Sequence record: MK799832.1
Length of the DNA stretch: 64,000 nt
Strand: one strand, 5' to 3'
Part shown: positions 19,701-28,489 of the stretch, piece by piece
Position numbering within the stretch: position 1 is the first letter of the stretch
How the letters are laid out: the number at the start of each line of letters is the position of its first letter
The notes under the pieces: generated by a model
Database searches by the model: none
What the model was told of the DNA's origin: nothing
The model's input: the letters and a program-made list of their open reading frames with translations, nothing else
Translations under genes and position numbers: made by a program

Positions 19701-21682
19701 TCATTTGAAATGACTCTAATCGATTCACCTTGAATGAACTGGTGGTCCTCTGTAAAGGTAAATGTAGAGTTTGTGATACTATTGCCAGTTGATACATTTC
19801 TACCAACCCTGGCCATTTTTGATCCTGTTGCCTTCTTGGTAGCATATGCAGTGTTGTCCATGACAACTCTTGCTCTGAATACTTCAGGTGTACCACTTAC
19901 AGGAATGACAACATTAATATTTTCTGTTTTCTTTGAACCAAATCTATAACCCTGAATGGTCGTATTAGGTGCCTCATCAGGATTGGTGAAGTTATAAAGA
20001 TAAAGTCTTGAAGTATCTCCAACAGATGTTGTCTTTGTTACATCGATAGATGAGAACTCTACTGTTGCAATTTCTGGCTTAAGTGCCTTTGGTGGGATAA
20101 TTTGAGTAATGTAACCAACATCATCCTGTGAGAATACATTATTCTTATATCCTCTTGAAGTCAGAGCAATCTGACCAAAGTTGGAGTTTGAGTTTGTGAC
20201 AGAAAAATCACCACCAGACTCAGCTAAGAATTGATTTGAATATCCAATTGCGAAAATGGATACCAATTGCATGAATCCATTATTGGATACCTTAATGTGA
20301 TAGTTTGAATACTCTGGTTTATATACAGCATCAATGTCAGTGTGTAAATTAGGAATAGTGGTTGAATCATCAAACGAGCCACTATTTTGATTATACTTGA
20401 CAAATGCGTTGTCATCAACTTGAAGACCTACACCAGTATATTGTGCAGCAACCATGGATTTGAAACCCGTTGCCTTACTACCATCGGCATGCATACCACA
20501 CATACCAAAAATAGATCTCAATGACACATTGAAGATATAGGGAGATGCAGAAGTAACAGTATCAGTAGAAAGAACTACACTTGTACCAGTTGGGTTAGGA
20601 AGTGCGTCACCTGGAGCTACAGGAACTTCATACTTAAATCCTGTAACACCAATTTCATTAGTAGAGGTGATTTCTGTGACAAGATAAGTACCGTTATATC
20701 TCTTATCGGTTACATCATTAATGATAACGTTAGTATCAACATTAAGACCAATGATCGCATTTGACAATTTAACATCAATGACAGAAGTTGGTGTGACGCC
20801 ATCACCTGCCTTGATACTGTTGATACCTACTTCACCAGAGACAGGTCCAACAATTCTATATTCATCAATTCTTGGTTCAATATCTACATTCGCACTTGGA
20901 TAATCAGGTTCAATCTCTCTTCCACTTGCTGGACCATATACAATACCAATCTTCTCATAATACATATCCAAATCAGTACGGTCTGTTGAATATGAAATAA
21001 AGTCGTCATTGATATTGACTTTATTATTACCGTCCGCATATTCAAAAACAGTCAGTTTGTGGTGTGAAAATGTTGGTTTGAATTTGTTTGTCGTATAATC
21101 TTTATATGCTGGTTTTTGTGGATCAGCATCTTTGATAGTACAACTGTTCAGATAACAACCACCAGTTACTCTTAAGATTGCTGAGGGTTCAATTGCATTA
21201 TTTTCAGGGTTTGGAACATAAATCGGACGAATCACACATTTTCTAAGATCCTGTCCAACAACAGATACACCACGAGGCATAATAACACCACCATGGATAC
21301 TATTCAGTTTATAGAGAATATTGTTGGTATCAAAGATATCGAAGTTTGATGTGTTACTAAAAGTAGTAAAATCAGAAGAAGTTATACCATTCCTCTGTAG
21401 AAACGTATTTCCTCCAGTCGGAATCCAACCAGGTCTATTATCAATGTGGTGGACACCTGGTGACAAATAAATTGTAGTCTTTTCAAACCTATCATTATCT
21501 TTACCTTTCTGATAGGAGAACCTTGATGCCTCTACCAGAGCTCTTTGAATGGTTTTGAATGGACGTGCAAGAGAATTACCTTGGTTCTCTACCCCATCAG
21601 TTGCATCCAAATTGTTTGGATCAACATACAGAATATTTCCCTTAACGTTCTTCAGAAAATTATCTAAGCGAGATAATGGCAT
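16781..21682 (-). CDS. Large virion structural protein (tail/baseplate-associated), 1633 aa
   Basis: MPLSRLDNFLKN...LARPFKTIQRAL N-terminus typical of cyanomyovirus structural proteins; beta-rich; ATAAATA upstream. Confidence 0.8.
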   Translation of the reverse strand: MPLSRLDNFLKNVKGNILYVDPNNLDATDGVENQGNSLARPFKTIQRALVEASRFSYQKGKDNDRFEKTTIYLSPGVHHIDNRPGWIPTGGNTFLQRNGITSSDFTTFSNTSNFDIFDTNNILYKLNSIHGGVIMPRGVSVVGQDLRKCVIRPIYVPNPENNAIEPSAILRVTGGCYLNSCTIKDADPQKPAYKDYTTNKFKPTFSHHKLTVFEYADGNNKVNINDDFISYSTDRTDLDMYYEKIGIVYGPASGREIEPDYPSANVDIEPRIDEYRIVGPVSGEVGINSIKAGDGVTPTSVIDVKLSNAIIGLNVDTNVIINDVTDKRYNGTYLVTEITSTNEIGVTGFKYEVPVAPGDALPNPTGTSVVLSTDTVTSASPYIFNVSLRSIFGMCGMHADGSKATGFKSMVAAQYTGVGLQVDDNAFVKYNQNSGSFDDSTTIPNLHTDIDAVYKPEYSNYHIKVSNNGFMQLVSIFAIGYSNQFLAESGGDFSVTNSNSNFGQIALTSRGYKNNVFSQDDVGYITQIIPPKALKPEIATVEFSSIDVTKTTSVGDTSRLYLYNFTNPDEAPNTTIQGYRFGSKKTENINVVIPVSGTPEVFRARVVMDNTAYATKKATGSKMARVGRNVSTGNSITNSTFTFTEDHQFIQGESIRVISNDGRLPDGLESNKVYFSIVDGLGGNQLQLAQSFNDSLSGNKISINNLGDTLIVESRVGDKDAGDVGHPVQYDTTERQWYVNVSSASTENNLYAKVVGGGLGDATPRSYITRLKDTRQSADRIHKVRFVIPSSTGSDSARPPLDGYVIQQSSDVTSTSNTEIALNFNPGSVTMSNDAQMRNFSFIANVDYRSGLAFYTTEKPHGLSIGSTVEINNVTSTLFPTVGVGNSGFNGTYEVTGISSARTFSVNQIRSSPGTFTNNTSQRTTALPTVKRKKFSKDFYVYNVETINDYKNGEQDGIYYLSVLNADVKPSVAPFNVEEYAFSQPVGNLYPQLDRDNPKSTATSAACYAIPSNIGETVINNPTNSITGETLEELFSDSGVGAGITDIVSNNVGTAYTIFTDTDHGCNRITRAVIDNPGTGYGDGSSTIQYYYNATLENLGAGSLGRNATALVTVDGTSTGEIIDIAIMDGGTAFVEGDTFRVVGIATTTGFSAATGSVNKIYDNRNDTIRIAGINDYDGRAYNSLYRVTSIPGIKEIEVEPLAPVSPGITTLGLGNDVCAPAAFSVIGPAYDTNNFVYNKDVGLATVTTDYANNFRVNNSVVISGAAQTFYNGSFVCVDKIGLTTVVLQVGVNTVTPATGGTIRLHSGGIRNNFGDLVVGNGRLHGREEPIYAGITTTLSAAITSKTTDTINVSNMTDFGFLIGDYIQINDEIMRIKTTVSRTSGVTQLKVFRGVYGSIADTHVSGSVVQRILFYPIEFRRNSLIRASAHTFEYLGYGPGNYSTAFPDKQTKQLTLEQQITAQSQSTGGGVVNYTGMNDRGDFFIGNKRIASNTGREQVYDTPVQTICGEDPYTVGSTNDVSDFNFVDSSVVKIERNVVVDGGDKSNILSEFNGPVQFTKKVVSTSSEGIEANNIFIQGNAQVSRKITVGIATPSEAGNPGDIVYNANPASGGTVGWVYTTNNEWKTFGTISS

Positions 21683-21723
21683 CTGTCTTGCACACGATAT
21701 CTATTATTAGATATTTATTACAT

Positions 21724-21747
21724 AAAAAAACCACCCAGAGGGTGGTT
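21724..21747 (-). terminator. Intrinsic terminator
   Basis: AACCACCC-tct-GGGTGGTT followed by T7 on the minus strand. Confidence 0.8.
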
Positions 21748-21779
21748 GATTAGCAACAGAGTGCTTCCTTCACACGGCT
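21724..21779 (-). ncRNA. Candidate ~55-nt small RNA
   Basis: Lies between a perfect sigma70 promoter and a terminator; no RBS-led ORF. Confidence 0.5.
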
Positions 21780-21784
21780 CTAAT

Positions 21785-21813
21785 ATTATAACACTAGATC
21801 ATATCATTGTCAA
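21785..21813 (-). promoter_or_regulatory. Perfect consensus sigma70 promoter
   Basis: TTGACA-N17-TATAAT on the minus strand. Confidence 0.8.
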
Positions 21814-22108
21814 GTAGATACTCTACTGTGTTAGCAACATCATTCATCGCATCACGAAGTTCTTCTCGATTTCCACTCTCCATAATCTTGAGATTTTCGT
21901 CAGAAGTGAGTGTCCATCTCCATTCCTCCATATCGTTGGAATACCAGAAATTGACTTTCATGTGTTTTGTGTAGTGACTACTTTCACACCGAAAATACAA
22001 TCTAAGTTGTATTTCCTTCTCATCATTATATATCTCAGGTTCAGGGGTCTTGTAAGGATTTCTGGATTTGACATATATTTTGTCGTATTTGGTTGGTGTA
22101 AGTGGCAT
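21794..22108 (-). CDS. Conserved cyanophage hypothetical protein
   Basis: MKVNFWYSNDMEEWRWTL...ESGNREELRDAMNDVANTVEY; start uncertain. Confidence 0.6.
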   Translation of the reverse strand: MPLTPTKYDKIYVKSRNPYKTPEPEIYNDEKEIQLRLYFRCESSHYTKHMKVNFWYSNDMEEWRWTLTSDENLKIMESGNREELRDAMNDVANTVEYLLDNDMI

Positions 22109-22165
22109 GTATGTTTCGTATTAGGTAGTATTCTAACAACGAATAATAAAACACTCAATTCATAA

Positions 22166-22251
22166 TGCGAGTGACGGGATTTGAACCCGTAAGAGACTTA
22201 CATCTCGACGAATTTTAAGTTCGTTCCGTAGACCAATTCCGGCACACTCGC
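22166..22251 (-). tRNA. trnL: tRNA-Leu (anticodon UAA)
   Basis: GCGAGTG acceptor stem; anticodon arm ACGAA-CTTAAAA-TTCGT; long variable arm; GGTTCAAATCC T-loop; CCA not encoded. Confidence 0.95.
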
Positions 22252-22257
22252 AAAAAA

Positions 22258-22416
22258 TCAATCCTCAGACTGATAAGTGGGTTGATTAAGACGACAATAC
22301 TCATTAAAAGTAATTTTCATCTCTTTGTACGTCAGACCACAATTATCTGCCGCCTTTGGTAAATTCCATTTTGCGGAAAACAACATTTCCATGGATTGTC
22401 GGGTTTCTGGTCTCAT
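22258..22416 (-). CDS. Small hypothetical protein, 52 aa (not in ORF track)
   Basis: MRPETRQSMEMLFSAKWNLPKAADNCGLTYKEMKITFNEYCRLNQPTYQSED*. Confidence 0.65.
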   Translation of the reverse strand: MRPETRQSMEMLFSAKWNLPKAADNCGLTYKEMKITFNEYCRLNQPTYQSED

Positions 22417-22472
22417 ATAAAAAGTAATGGGCCCTAAAATTTACTGGGATTTTTTTCTCGGCGTTTTACAAA

Positions 22473-22691
22473 TCAAATGCCGATTTTGACAGGGGCTTCA
22501 GCATAAGCAACGATGTCTTCGTCAACCACCTTTTCAATCAGGTCAAGAACACGGGTGAACTGATCGTCGTCGTCACAGTCAACGGTTCGTTTGTTGCCAA
22601 CACTAGAGTAAAGATAGAACTTACTGAGGTGTGTGTCAACCACGACCCGAGTCAGAAATTCATCATCTTCGTTCTGGAAGAAGTCAGACAT
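22473..22691 (-). CDS. Conserved hypothetical protein
   Basis: Downstream of a sigma70 promoter; DEFLTRVVVDT..KFYLYSS. Confidence 0.7.
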   Translation of the reverse strand: MSDFFQNEDDEFLTRVVVDTHLSKFYLYSSVGNKRTVDCDDDDQFTRVLDLIEKVVDEDIVAYAEAPVKIGI

Positions 22692-22714
22692 AGTTGTTTG
22701 TCGATTACCTTAGT

Positions 22715-22743
22715 AGTATAGGTCAGTCAGGACCCAGTGTCAA
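22715..22743 (-). promoter_or_regulatory. Sigma70 promoter with the -35 box inside an inverted repeat
   Basis: TTGACA-N17-TATACT; AGGACCC-TTGACACT-GGGTCCT. Confidence 0.75.
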
Positions 22744-22758
22744 GGGTCCTGTGCCAGT

Positions 22759-23451
22759 TTATCGATTGTGTGAGTACTCTTCGTTATTTCCAGGATAGTC
22801 TTCAATACTCGTGCCTTTGTATTCTGCAATCAATTTTTCACCATCTTTTCGCTCTCCTTGAATCAAATAAAAACATTCAATAGGACCACCCAAAGCATTT
22901 CTAATTTCAATTCTTCTCCCCCACTCGATTGACTTTACATAAAGCTCTTGATATGAACCAATAGGAGTCAGAGAAACACTAATTGTATCTTCATCCACAA
23001 GACCTTTCCAATATTCGGGGACAGTAATTGTGGTTCCCTTCAATTTACCTCTAATGTAAACACCTGCCTCTGGTCCTTCAAGACATACATGTCTCAGTCT
23101 ATGACCTTCTTTAGTTGGGTGTGGAATATCAAAATCCTTTTTTACTGAAAGAATGTTACCTCCAGTATCTTGAACAGAAGTTCCAGTAATAGCTCCTCCA
23201 GTAATAGCTCCAGTTATATTAATAAGACCATCACCGATGAGACTAGTGTTAATCTGAAGAGAATCAATTTGAGCTGTAGAGTGATAGTAAGGGGTACAAG
23301 GTTTTACTTCCAGTTCAAGTGTTACATCTTCAGAATCATCATTACTAAGTTTAGCAATATATGAATAAATTGAAGATGCTTGACCAGTTACTTGTTCATC
23401 AGAACAGTTTTGTTTGCCAAAACTTCTTGGTTCAAATCCTGAAAATGTCAT
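22759..23451 (-). CDS. Structural/baseplate-region protein with KxFxIPHP...LRH domain
   Basis: KKDFDIPHPTKEGHRLRHVCLEGPEAGVYIRG; paralogue of the next ORF. Confidence 0.7.
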   Translation of the reverse strand: MTFSGFEPRSFGKQNCSDEQVTGQASSIYSYIAKLSNDDSEDVTLELEVKPCTPYYHSTAQIDSLQINTSLIGDGLINITGAITGGAITGTSVQDTGGNILSVKKDFDIPHPTKEGHRLRHVCLEGPEAGVYIRGKLKGTTITVPEYWKGLVDEDTISVSLTPIGSYQELYVKSIEWGRRIEIRNALGGPIECFYLIQGERKDGEKLIAEYKGTSIEDYPGNNEEYSHNR

Positions 23452-23452
23452 A

Positions 23453-24226
23453 TTACTCCTTAATATCGTAGTGGAATCCTGAAATAGAATATTGTTGATT
23501 ATCTCCTGGATAATCTGCGGGTGTCTTTCCTTTGTATTCTGGAATTAGACTTTCGCCATCCTTTCTTTCTGCGTAGATGTGATAAAAACAGTGTATTGGC
23601 ATACCACCCTGTGACTGGAGATATACTTTATCTTCATCTATTCTTTTAACAATGATATCTTGATGGGCTCCTACTGGAGTTAAACTTACAGTAATTGAGT
23701 CTTGGTGTACAAAATCTTTCCAATAAGAAGGAAGGTCAATTGTATTTTTATTTCTCAGAGTGCCTCTGACGTAAACATCATTGGTAGGTGCCTCTGGACA
23801 TGTGTGTCTGAGTCTCCACCCTTTTTTGGAGGGATGAGGGATATCAAAGTTTTTCTTCCTTGATAGGATATGAAGACCACAACGAGAAACTACTTCTCCT
23901 TGAGCAATCACATGTAATCCTACATTGACACTCATGTTTGTGTCAACATTTCCCATAAATGCTGCTGGTCCTACAACAGCAAGGGAATATGGATTACTGA
24001 TTCCCATACAAAGAGAACCAGGAATGACTGGAGTTGGTGACTCTGGATTGGTCAAGGGACCAATCATACTAGACGCCCAGACATTAGGGAATGTTGCTGT
24101 TCCTGTGATTGTTGGACCTTCTGTGTAGGAAGAACCACGAATCTCTACAGGACCTCTTCCTAATGCTTCAGGTTTTCCTTCACCTATAAACAGTCTTTTA
24201 CCTACGTATAAATCAGGTACTTTCAT
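23453..24226 (-). CDS. Structural/baseplate-region protein with KxFxIPHP...LRH domain
   Basis: KKNFDIPHPSKKGWRLRHTCPEAPTNDVYVRG. Confidence 0.7.
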   Translation of the reverse strand: MKVPDLYVGKRLFIGEGKPEALGRGPVEIRGSSYTEGPTITGTATFPNVWASSMIGPLTNPESPTPVIPGSLCMGISNPYSLAVVGPAAFMGNVDTNMSVNVGLHVIAQGEVVSRCGLHILSRKKNFDIPHPSKKGWRLRHTCPEAPTNDVYVRGTLRNKNTIDLPSYWKDFVHQDSITVSLTPVGAHQDIIVKRIDEDKVYLQSQGGMPIHCFYHIYAERKDGESLIPEYKGKTPADYPGDNQQYSISGFHYDIKE

Positions 24227-24798
24227 GCCTTATTTTGCTCCTCATTTAGTGAACCCCCTTTAGAACCCTTCACACTTGTCGCTCCATCTGCAACATCAAC
24301 AAGACCACCATAGATGTTAAGAATACCTCGTCCGATAGTCTCTACTGTTTTTTCAGAGAATACTTTAGTAGATACTTTTGATGATATATCAATAGTCTGT
24401 GACTTAATGATAACTTTTTCGTTACCATTAATATTTACTACACCATTTTGACCATCTGCACCTGATGCTACAAGGTCGATGTTGACACCTTCAATTCTGA
24501 CTCTACCACTTGGTGCTCTGAGTACTAGGTCACCACTAACTGCCTCAATGTATACTCCAGGATGGTCATCGTCTACATTGTCTCCTGCCCTTACCTGAAA
24601 ACTACCAGGTGAACGACAGATGGTGCCATGTTTTCTATGTTTCTCACCCGTAGAATCAAGAGTAATATAATGGTTTAAAGAGCCACCATTTCTCAACATA
24701 ACAGCAGAGAGGACATTATCTTGAGTGATATGTCCAAACTGCAGTTCACCCTCTGCAGTACCATACCTAATAGTATGATAATTTTTTAACTCTGCCAT
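24223..24798 (-). CDS. gp5 C-terminal-like beta-helix/spike protein
   Basis: Gly/Ile/Val-rich beta repeats; coupled directly downstream of g5. Confidence 0.55.
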   Translation of the reverse strand: MAELKNYHTIRYGTAEGELQFGHITQDNVLSAVMLRNGGSLNHYITLDSTGEKHRKHGTICRSPGSFQVRAGDNVDDDHPGVYIEAVSGDLVLRAPSGRVRIEGVNIDLVASGADGQNGVVNINGNEKVIIKSQTIDISSKVSTKVFSEKTVETIGRGILNIYGGLVDVADGATSVKGSKGGSLNEEQNKA

Positions 24799-27176
24799 CA
24801 GAACTTACCTACACAGTCAATGACTTTAACAACCTTGTCTTGAGTTGTTGGTTGTTTGAGATCATCAGAACCAACTCTATCTATACAAAGTTTTGGTCTT
24901 AATTGAGCATTATAACCTGTCTCTGACCTAATGTAAAGTCTTGGGAACTCTGTGAATCCTTCACCTTGTTCAGTAACTTTAACAGAAATAACTCTACCCT
25001 GTTGATCAAACTTCGCTTCTGCCTTTGCACCAATGTCAGGTTCAATTACAACCTTATCTTCAAATGAATAGTTGATACCACTGTTGTCAATAGCAATCTC
25101 ACAAAGATAAAGAATAACAGGATAAGAACCATTAGATTCTGATGGATAGTCACCAGAGACTCTATTAAAATCTGGAAGTGGAGAAGTAAACTTACCTGGA
25201 CGTTCAATTGTCACAGGATTACCACCAATGATCTCTTCACCACCACCTTGATCACCTTCAATTGGTTCAGTAACTACGACAGTGCCAGGGGGAATCGTAA
25301 CTTCATCTCCTGGTCCAACAACAATAATATTACCTGGTGGTTTAGGTACATCATAATCACCGTTTGGTTTCTTGACTATAGAGTCATCTGGATCAGCCCA
25401 TGTGTATTCGTTACCACCTTTACTACCATCAGGAGCAGATAAGTAACCAGTACCAGGGTAAACAACTTCGATATCCACAATACCACTCTGAATGTTACCA
25501 TCCTCATCGGTATAGTCCTCAACAATTGGTCTAATGACTGCTCCTTTACCTTTACCACATTGGTCCTTGACCTTTGCAAAACTTCTTTGTGAGTCGTAAC
25601 CAAATCCAAAGCTCTTCATATCAATACCAAGAACTTCACCTGCAGTACCAATAATTAAGTTACCTGCAGCATTTGATCCTGAACCAAAGAACTCAGCAAT
25701 TGGTGGTCCACATAATAGTGGTCCAATATCACAACCATCTACATTAAATGCGTCACTGAAGTCAGTGTTTAATAATCCTTCTGCTCCAGTTTGAGCATTT
25801 TGTAATGCGGTCTCAAATCCCTTCGCAAAATTCTTTGACTTACCAATGATACTTTCTAAGTCACCCTTAGCTAACTTGCCAGAACCACTCAGAATGTTCC
25901 ACTCATTGACTTCAGAACACTTAGGTTCCTCTTCACAACTCAAGAATGAAAGAACATCTACAATAGTACCTATAATATCATCAACAATTGATTGTGCTTG
26001 TCCAACCAATGAAGTGATAGAACCTAAGGCTTGATTGAGTGTGTCCTGAACTTGTTTAATAATTTTACCAAGAGTGTTGGAAATCATATTCTCCGCAACA
26101 CACTCTGCTGCATTGATTACTTTCTTGGCAGCATCCTTAATAAAACTACCCATCTGTTCAAGAAGACCACCAATCAATTTTCTAAACAGACATGCAATCA
26201 AATCATTGACAGTATCTACAGCCTTCTTTAGTTCTGGTCTCTCATTAGGGAACAATAAGAAGTAAGTCTTCTTCATTCCTTTATTGACTTCATTGATAAC
26301 AAACTTTTGAACCTGAGTAAATATCCACTTCATACCCTCAGCAATAAACTTCTGAGCCTTCTCAATCTTTTTGTTAATCTCCTCTTGAAAATCACCAATA
26401 CTGTTCTTAACAGCAAGTGAATATTTGTATTGTGACTTTTGAAGTTTCTGAATTTCTACAATAATATTCTGAATCTGTTTTTGAATTCTACCTGTAGGGA
26501 TAGGTTCACAATCTTCTGGTTCTGCAAGAGGTTGACTTTGTTCCTCTGCTGCTACTGCAGATGCAGCATCCTTAATTGCTGTTGATGCAGTTGCTGCTTC
26601 AATAACCTTTCCATTATTTTTAGGTCCTGTTAATTGTCCTTGTGCTTCTGTCTTACCTTCAGTAGTTTGTGCACCAGTTTGTTCTACAACCTGACCACCT
26701 TGTTCTGTCTTCAGTGCTGTAGTTGAGACATTATCATTCTCAGTATAACCACTGAATGGAACAAACCTTGCTTGAGTTATGTTCTTACTGACAGCAGCAT
26801 ACTCATTGTTACCAAGGATACCCATGATGACAGGCATCTGACCATCTTCACCATCCATGAAGAAGCCAAAGACAAAATCACCTTGGGAGATGTTTGCAGA
26901 CTGAGAACCTGAACGTCCACCACCACCAGCCGTGACTGGATACATGACATACGCCCAGGGCAATTCGTTGTCAGGAATCTCATCGATGTTTGCAGTATGG
27001 TAACCCATAATGCGAACACGGTATCTCTCACCAAAACCCTTTATCTCTTCATTAGAACCGACAGGAACACCAGGTTTATTATCTTTCCATGAGGACTCAG
27101 GGGCAACCTGACCGATCCACCAGATGAATCCGTCTCTACCTACGAAGTATCTTTTAAAGAGTCCTTGTTCTATCAT
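24798..27176 (-). CDS. g5: Baseplate hub/spike gp5 (OB-fold N-terminus; no T4 lysozyme domain recognised)
   Basis: FIWWIGQV, RYRVRIMGYHT, LPWAYVMYP, GFFMDGEDGQMPVIMG. Confidence 0.85.
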   Translation of the reverse strand: MIEQGLFKRYFVGRDGFIWWIGQVAPESSWKDNKPGVPVGSNEEIKGFGERYRVRIMGYHTANIDEIPDNELPWAYVMYPVTAGGGGRSGSQSANISQGDFVFGFFMDGEDGQMPVIMGILGNNEYAAVSKNITQARFVPFSGYTENDNVSTTALKTEQGGQVVEQTGAQTTEGKTEAQGQLTGPKNNGKVIEAATASTAIKDAASAVAAEEQSQPLAEPEDCEPIPTGRIQKQIQNIIVEIQKLQKSQYKYSLAVKNSIGDFQEEINKKIEKAQKFIAEGMKWIFTQVQKFVINEVNKGMKKTYFLLFPNERPELKKAVDTVNDLIACLFRKLIGGLLEQMGSFIKDAAKKVINAAECVAENMISNTLGKIIKQVQDTLNQALGSITSLVGQAQSIVDDIIGTIVDVLSFLSCEEEPKCSEVNEWNILSGSGKLAKGDLESIIGKSKNFAKGFETALQNAQTGAEGLLNTDFSDAFNVDGCDIGPLLCGPPIAEFFGSGSNAAGNLIIGTAGEVLGIDMKSFGFGYDSQRSFAKVKDQCGKGKGAVIRPIVEDYTDEDGNIQSGIVDIEVVYPGTGYLSAPDGSKGGNEYTWADPDDSIVKKPNGDYDVPKPPGNIIVVGPGDEVTIPPGTVVVTEPIEGDQGGGEEIIGGNPVTIERPGKFTSPLPDFNRVSGDYPSESNGSYPVILYLCEIAIDNSGINYSFEDKVVIEPDIGAKAEAKFDQQGRVISVKVTEQGEGFTEFPRLYIRSETGYNAQLRPKLCIDRVGSDDLKQPTTQDKVVKVIDCVGKF

Positions 27177-28489
27177 TTAAATCCTGTTTTCTTACCAAAT
27201 GAATCTCTAACCAAAGCTAATTTTGTAAAAGATTCTCGTGGTGTAATTCTATGACACACACTTGCTACCATATATATACCTCCTGTCTGAGGATTTGCAT
27301 CCTTTGCTTGTTCTCCACTTACCTCAGGGAATTCACACTGCACTACATCACCAGCCTTGATACTTAAGTCTGCTTCAAGAGTCACGTTGATCTTGACTGT
27401 GAACATCTGATTGTATCTCATCACCGACTGAGCCATGGTGTTCTCAGCATCATAGTTAGGTGAGGATGGATTCTGTTTCCATTGTTCTAACTGGTCATTA
27501 CCAGTACCGTTAGGCATTGCACCCACATCAAATACATGACTCATCAAACGTGTAGGTGTTTCTGTAAATTCTTTTGCGACTAAATCACCAGCAAAATACT
27601 TACCTGCCTTACCCACATTGTCAGGTTTGTACTTGAATTCTTTTACATAATAATCCATAGCAAATGGATTAAAGTAGATTGCTCTACTATTATACGTACC
27701 AAGTGTCAGGTTCTGTTTAAGGTCAATGTCACTATCAATGGAATAGTCTAACACGTTTGCATCATTACCTTGACTTGTCTCACCAGTATTGTTGAAAATA
27801 TATTTCTTGACTGGTTCTTGTTCGAATATCTTATCGATAGATCTAAAGTTCAATCCATCTCTGGTTTGATAGAATAGAAAACCTGCTCTTGATCCTACAT
27901 CTTTATCAGGTACAGCCTTTGATGCCAACCACGTACATGTATAGAATGGTTTCCTGTCACTACCAATGAAATTATAATTCAATGATGTGTTATCTACCTG
28001 TTCAATCTTAACATTATCACCAAGAGTACCTAGGATCTCATTCACATGTTCAGAGATCTTACCCTCATATCTTTTCATCACTCTCTGTTGTTCATTCGCA
28101 AAGAATTCTTTAGATGCAAAGTCAACAAAGAATACATCCTTGGATGTACCAGGGTCAGCATCTCTCACTCTATTGACATAGAGACCCTGTAAAGATTGAA
28201 AGGAGAGTTTATTTTCTTTATTGTCTTCGATTACAATATCAGTTCTTTCACCACCTCTGATAGGTAGAGCATCGAGAACACCCTTAGACGCCTTGATACT
28301 ACCGCCATCACTCTCATATCCACTATCAACTACCACTGCAGTTGCGGTAACATTATTAGATAACACACTCTCATAGTATCTAAACTCAACCACACCACCA
28401 GATAAGTCAATCGCTTTATCGGATTGATTAGAACTAATCTTAAATTTTTGAATGTTACCAGGAGATGCTGGTGCGTTTTGTGATGGCAT
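27173..28489 (-). CDS. Baseplate hub protein (gp27/gpD-like)
   Basis: YESVLSNNVTA, FLFYQTRDGLNFRSIDKI, GIYMVASVCH; sits directly before g5. Confidence 0.65.
   Translation of the reverse strand: MPSQNAPASPGNIQKFKISSNQSDKAIDLSGGVVEFRYYESVLSNNVTATAVVVDSGYESDGGSIKASKGVLDALPIRGGERTDIVIEDNKENKLSFQSLQGLYVNRVRDADPGTSKDVFFVDFASKEFFANEQQRVMKRYEGKISEHVNEILGTLGDNVKIEQVDNTSLNYNFIGSDRKPFYTCTWLASKAVPDKDVGSRAGFLFYQTRDGLNFRSIDKIFEQEPVKKYIFNNTGETSQGNDANVLDYSIDSDIDLKQNLTLGTYNSRAIYFNPFAMDYYVKEFKYKPDNVGKAGKYFAGDLVAKEFTETPTRLMSHVFDVGAMPNGTGNDQLEQWKQNPSSPNYDAENTMAQSVMRYNQMFTVKINVTLEADLSIKAGDVVQCEFPEVSGEQAKDANPQTGGIYMVASVCHRITPRESFTKLALVRDSFGKKTGFK

Noticed and set aside
16574-20903. Numerous 60-150 aa alternative-frame ORFs within large genes (also elsewhere in the window)
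   Set aside because: No RBS or motifs; expected shadow ORFs of biased codon usage
22166-22251. tRNA as an integration (att) site
   Set aside because: No integrase or duplicated 3' tRNA fragment; tRNA-Leu(UAA) is an ordinary cyanophage gene
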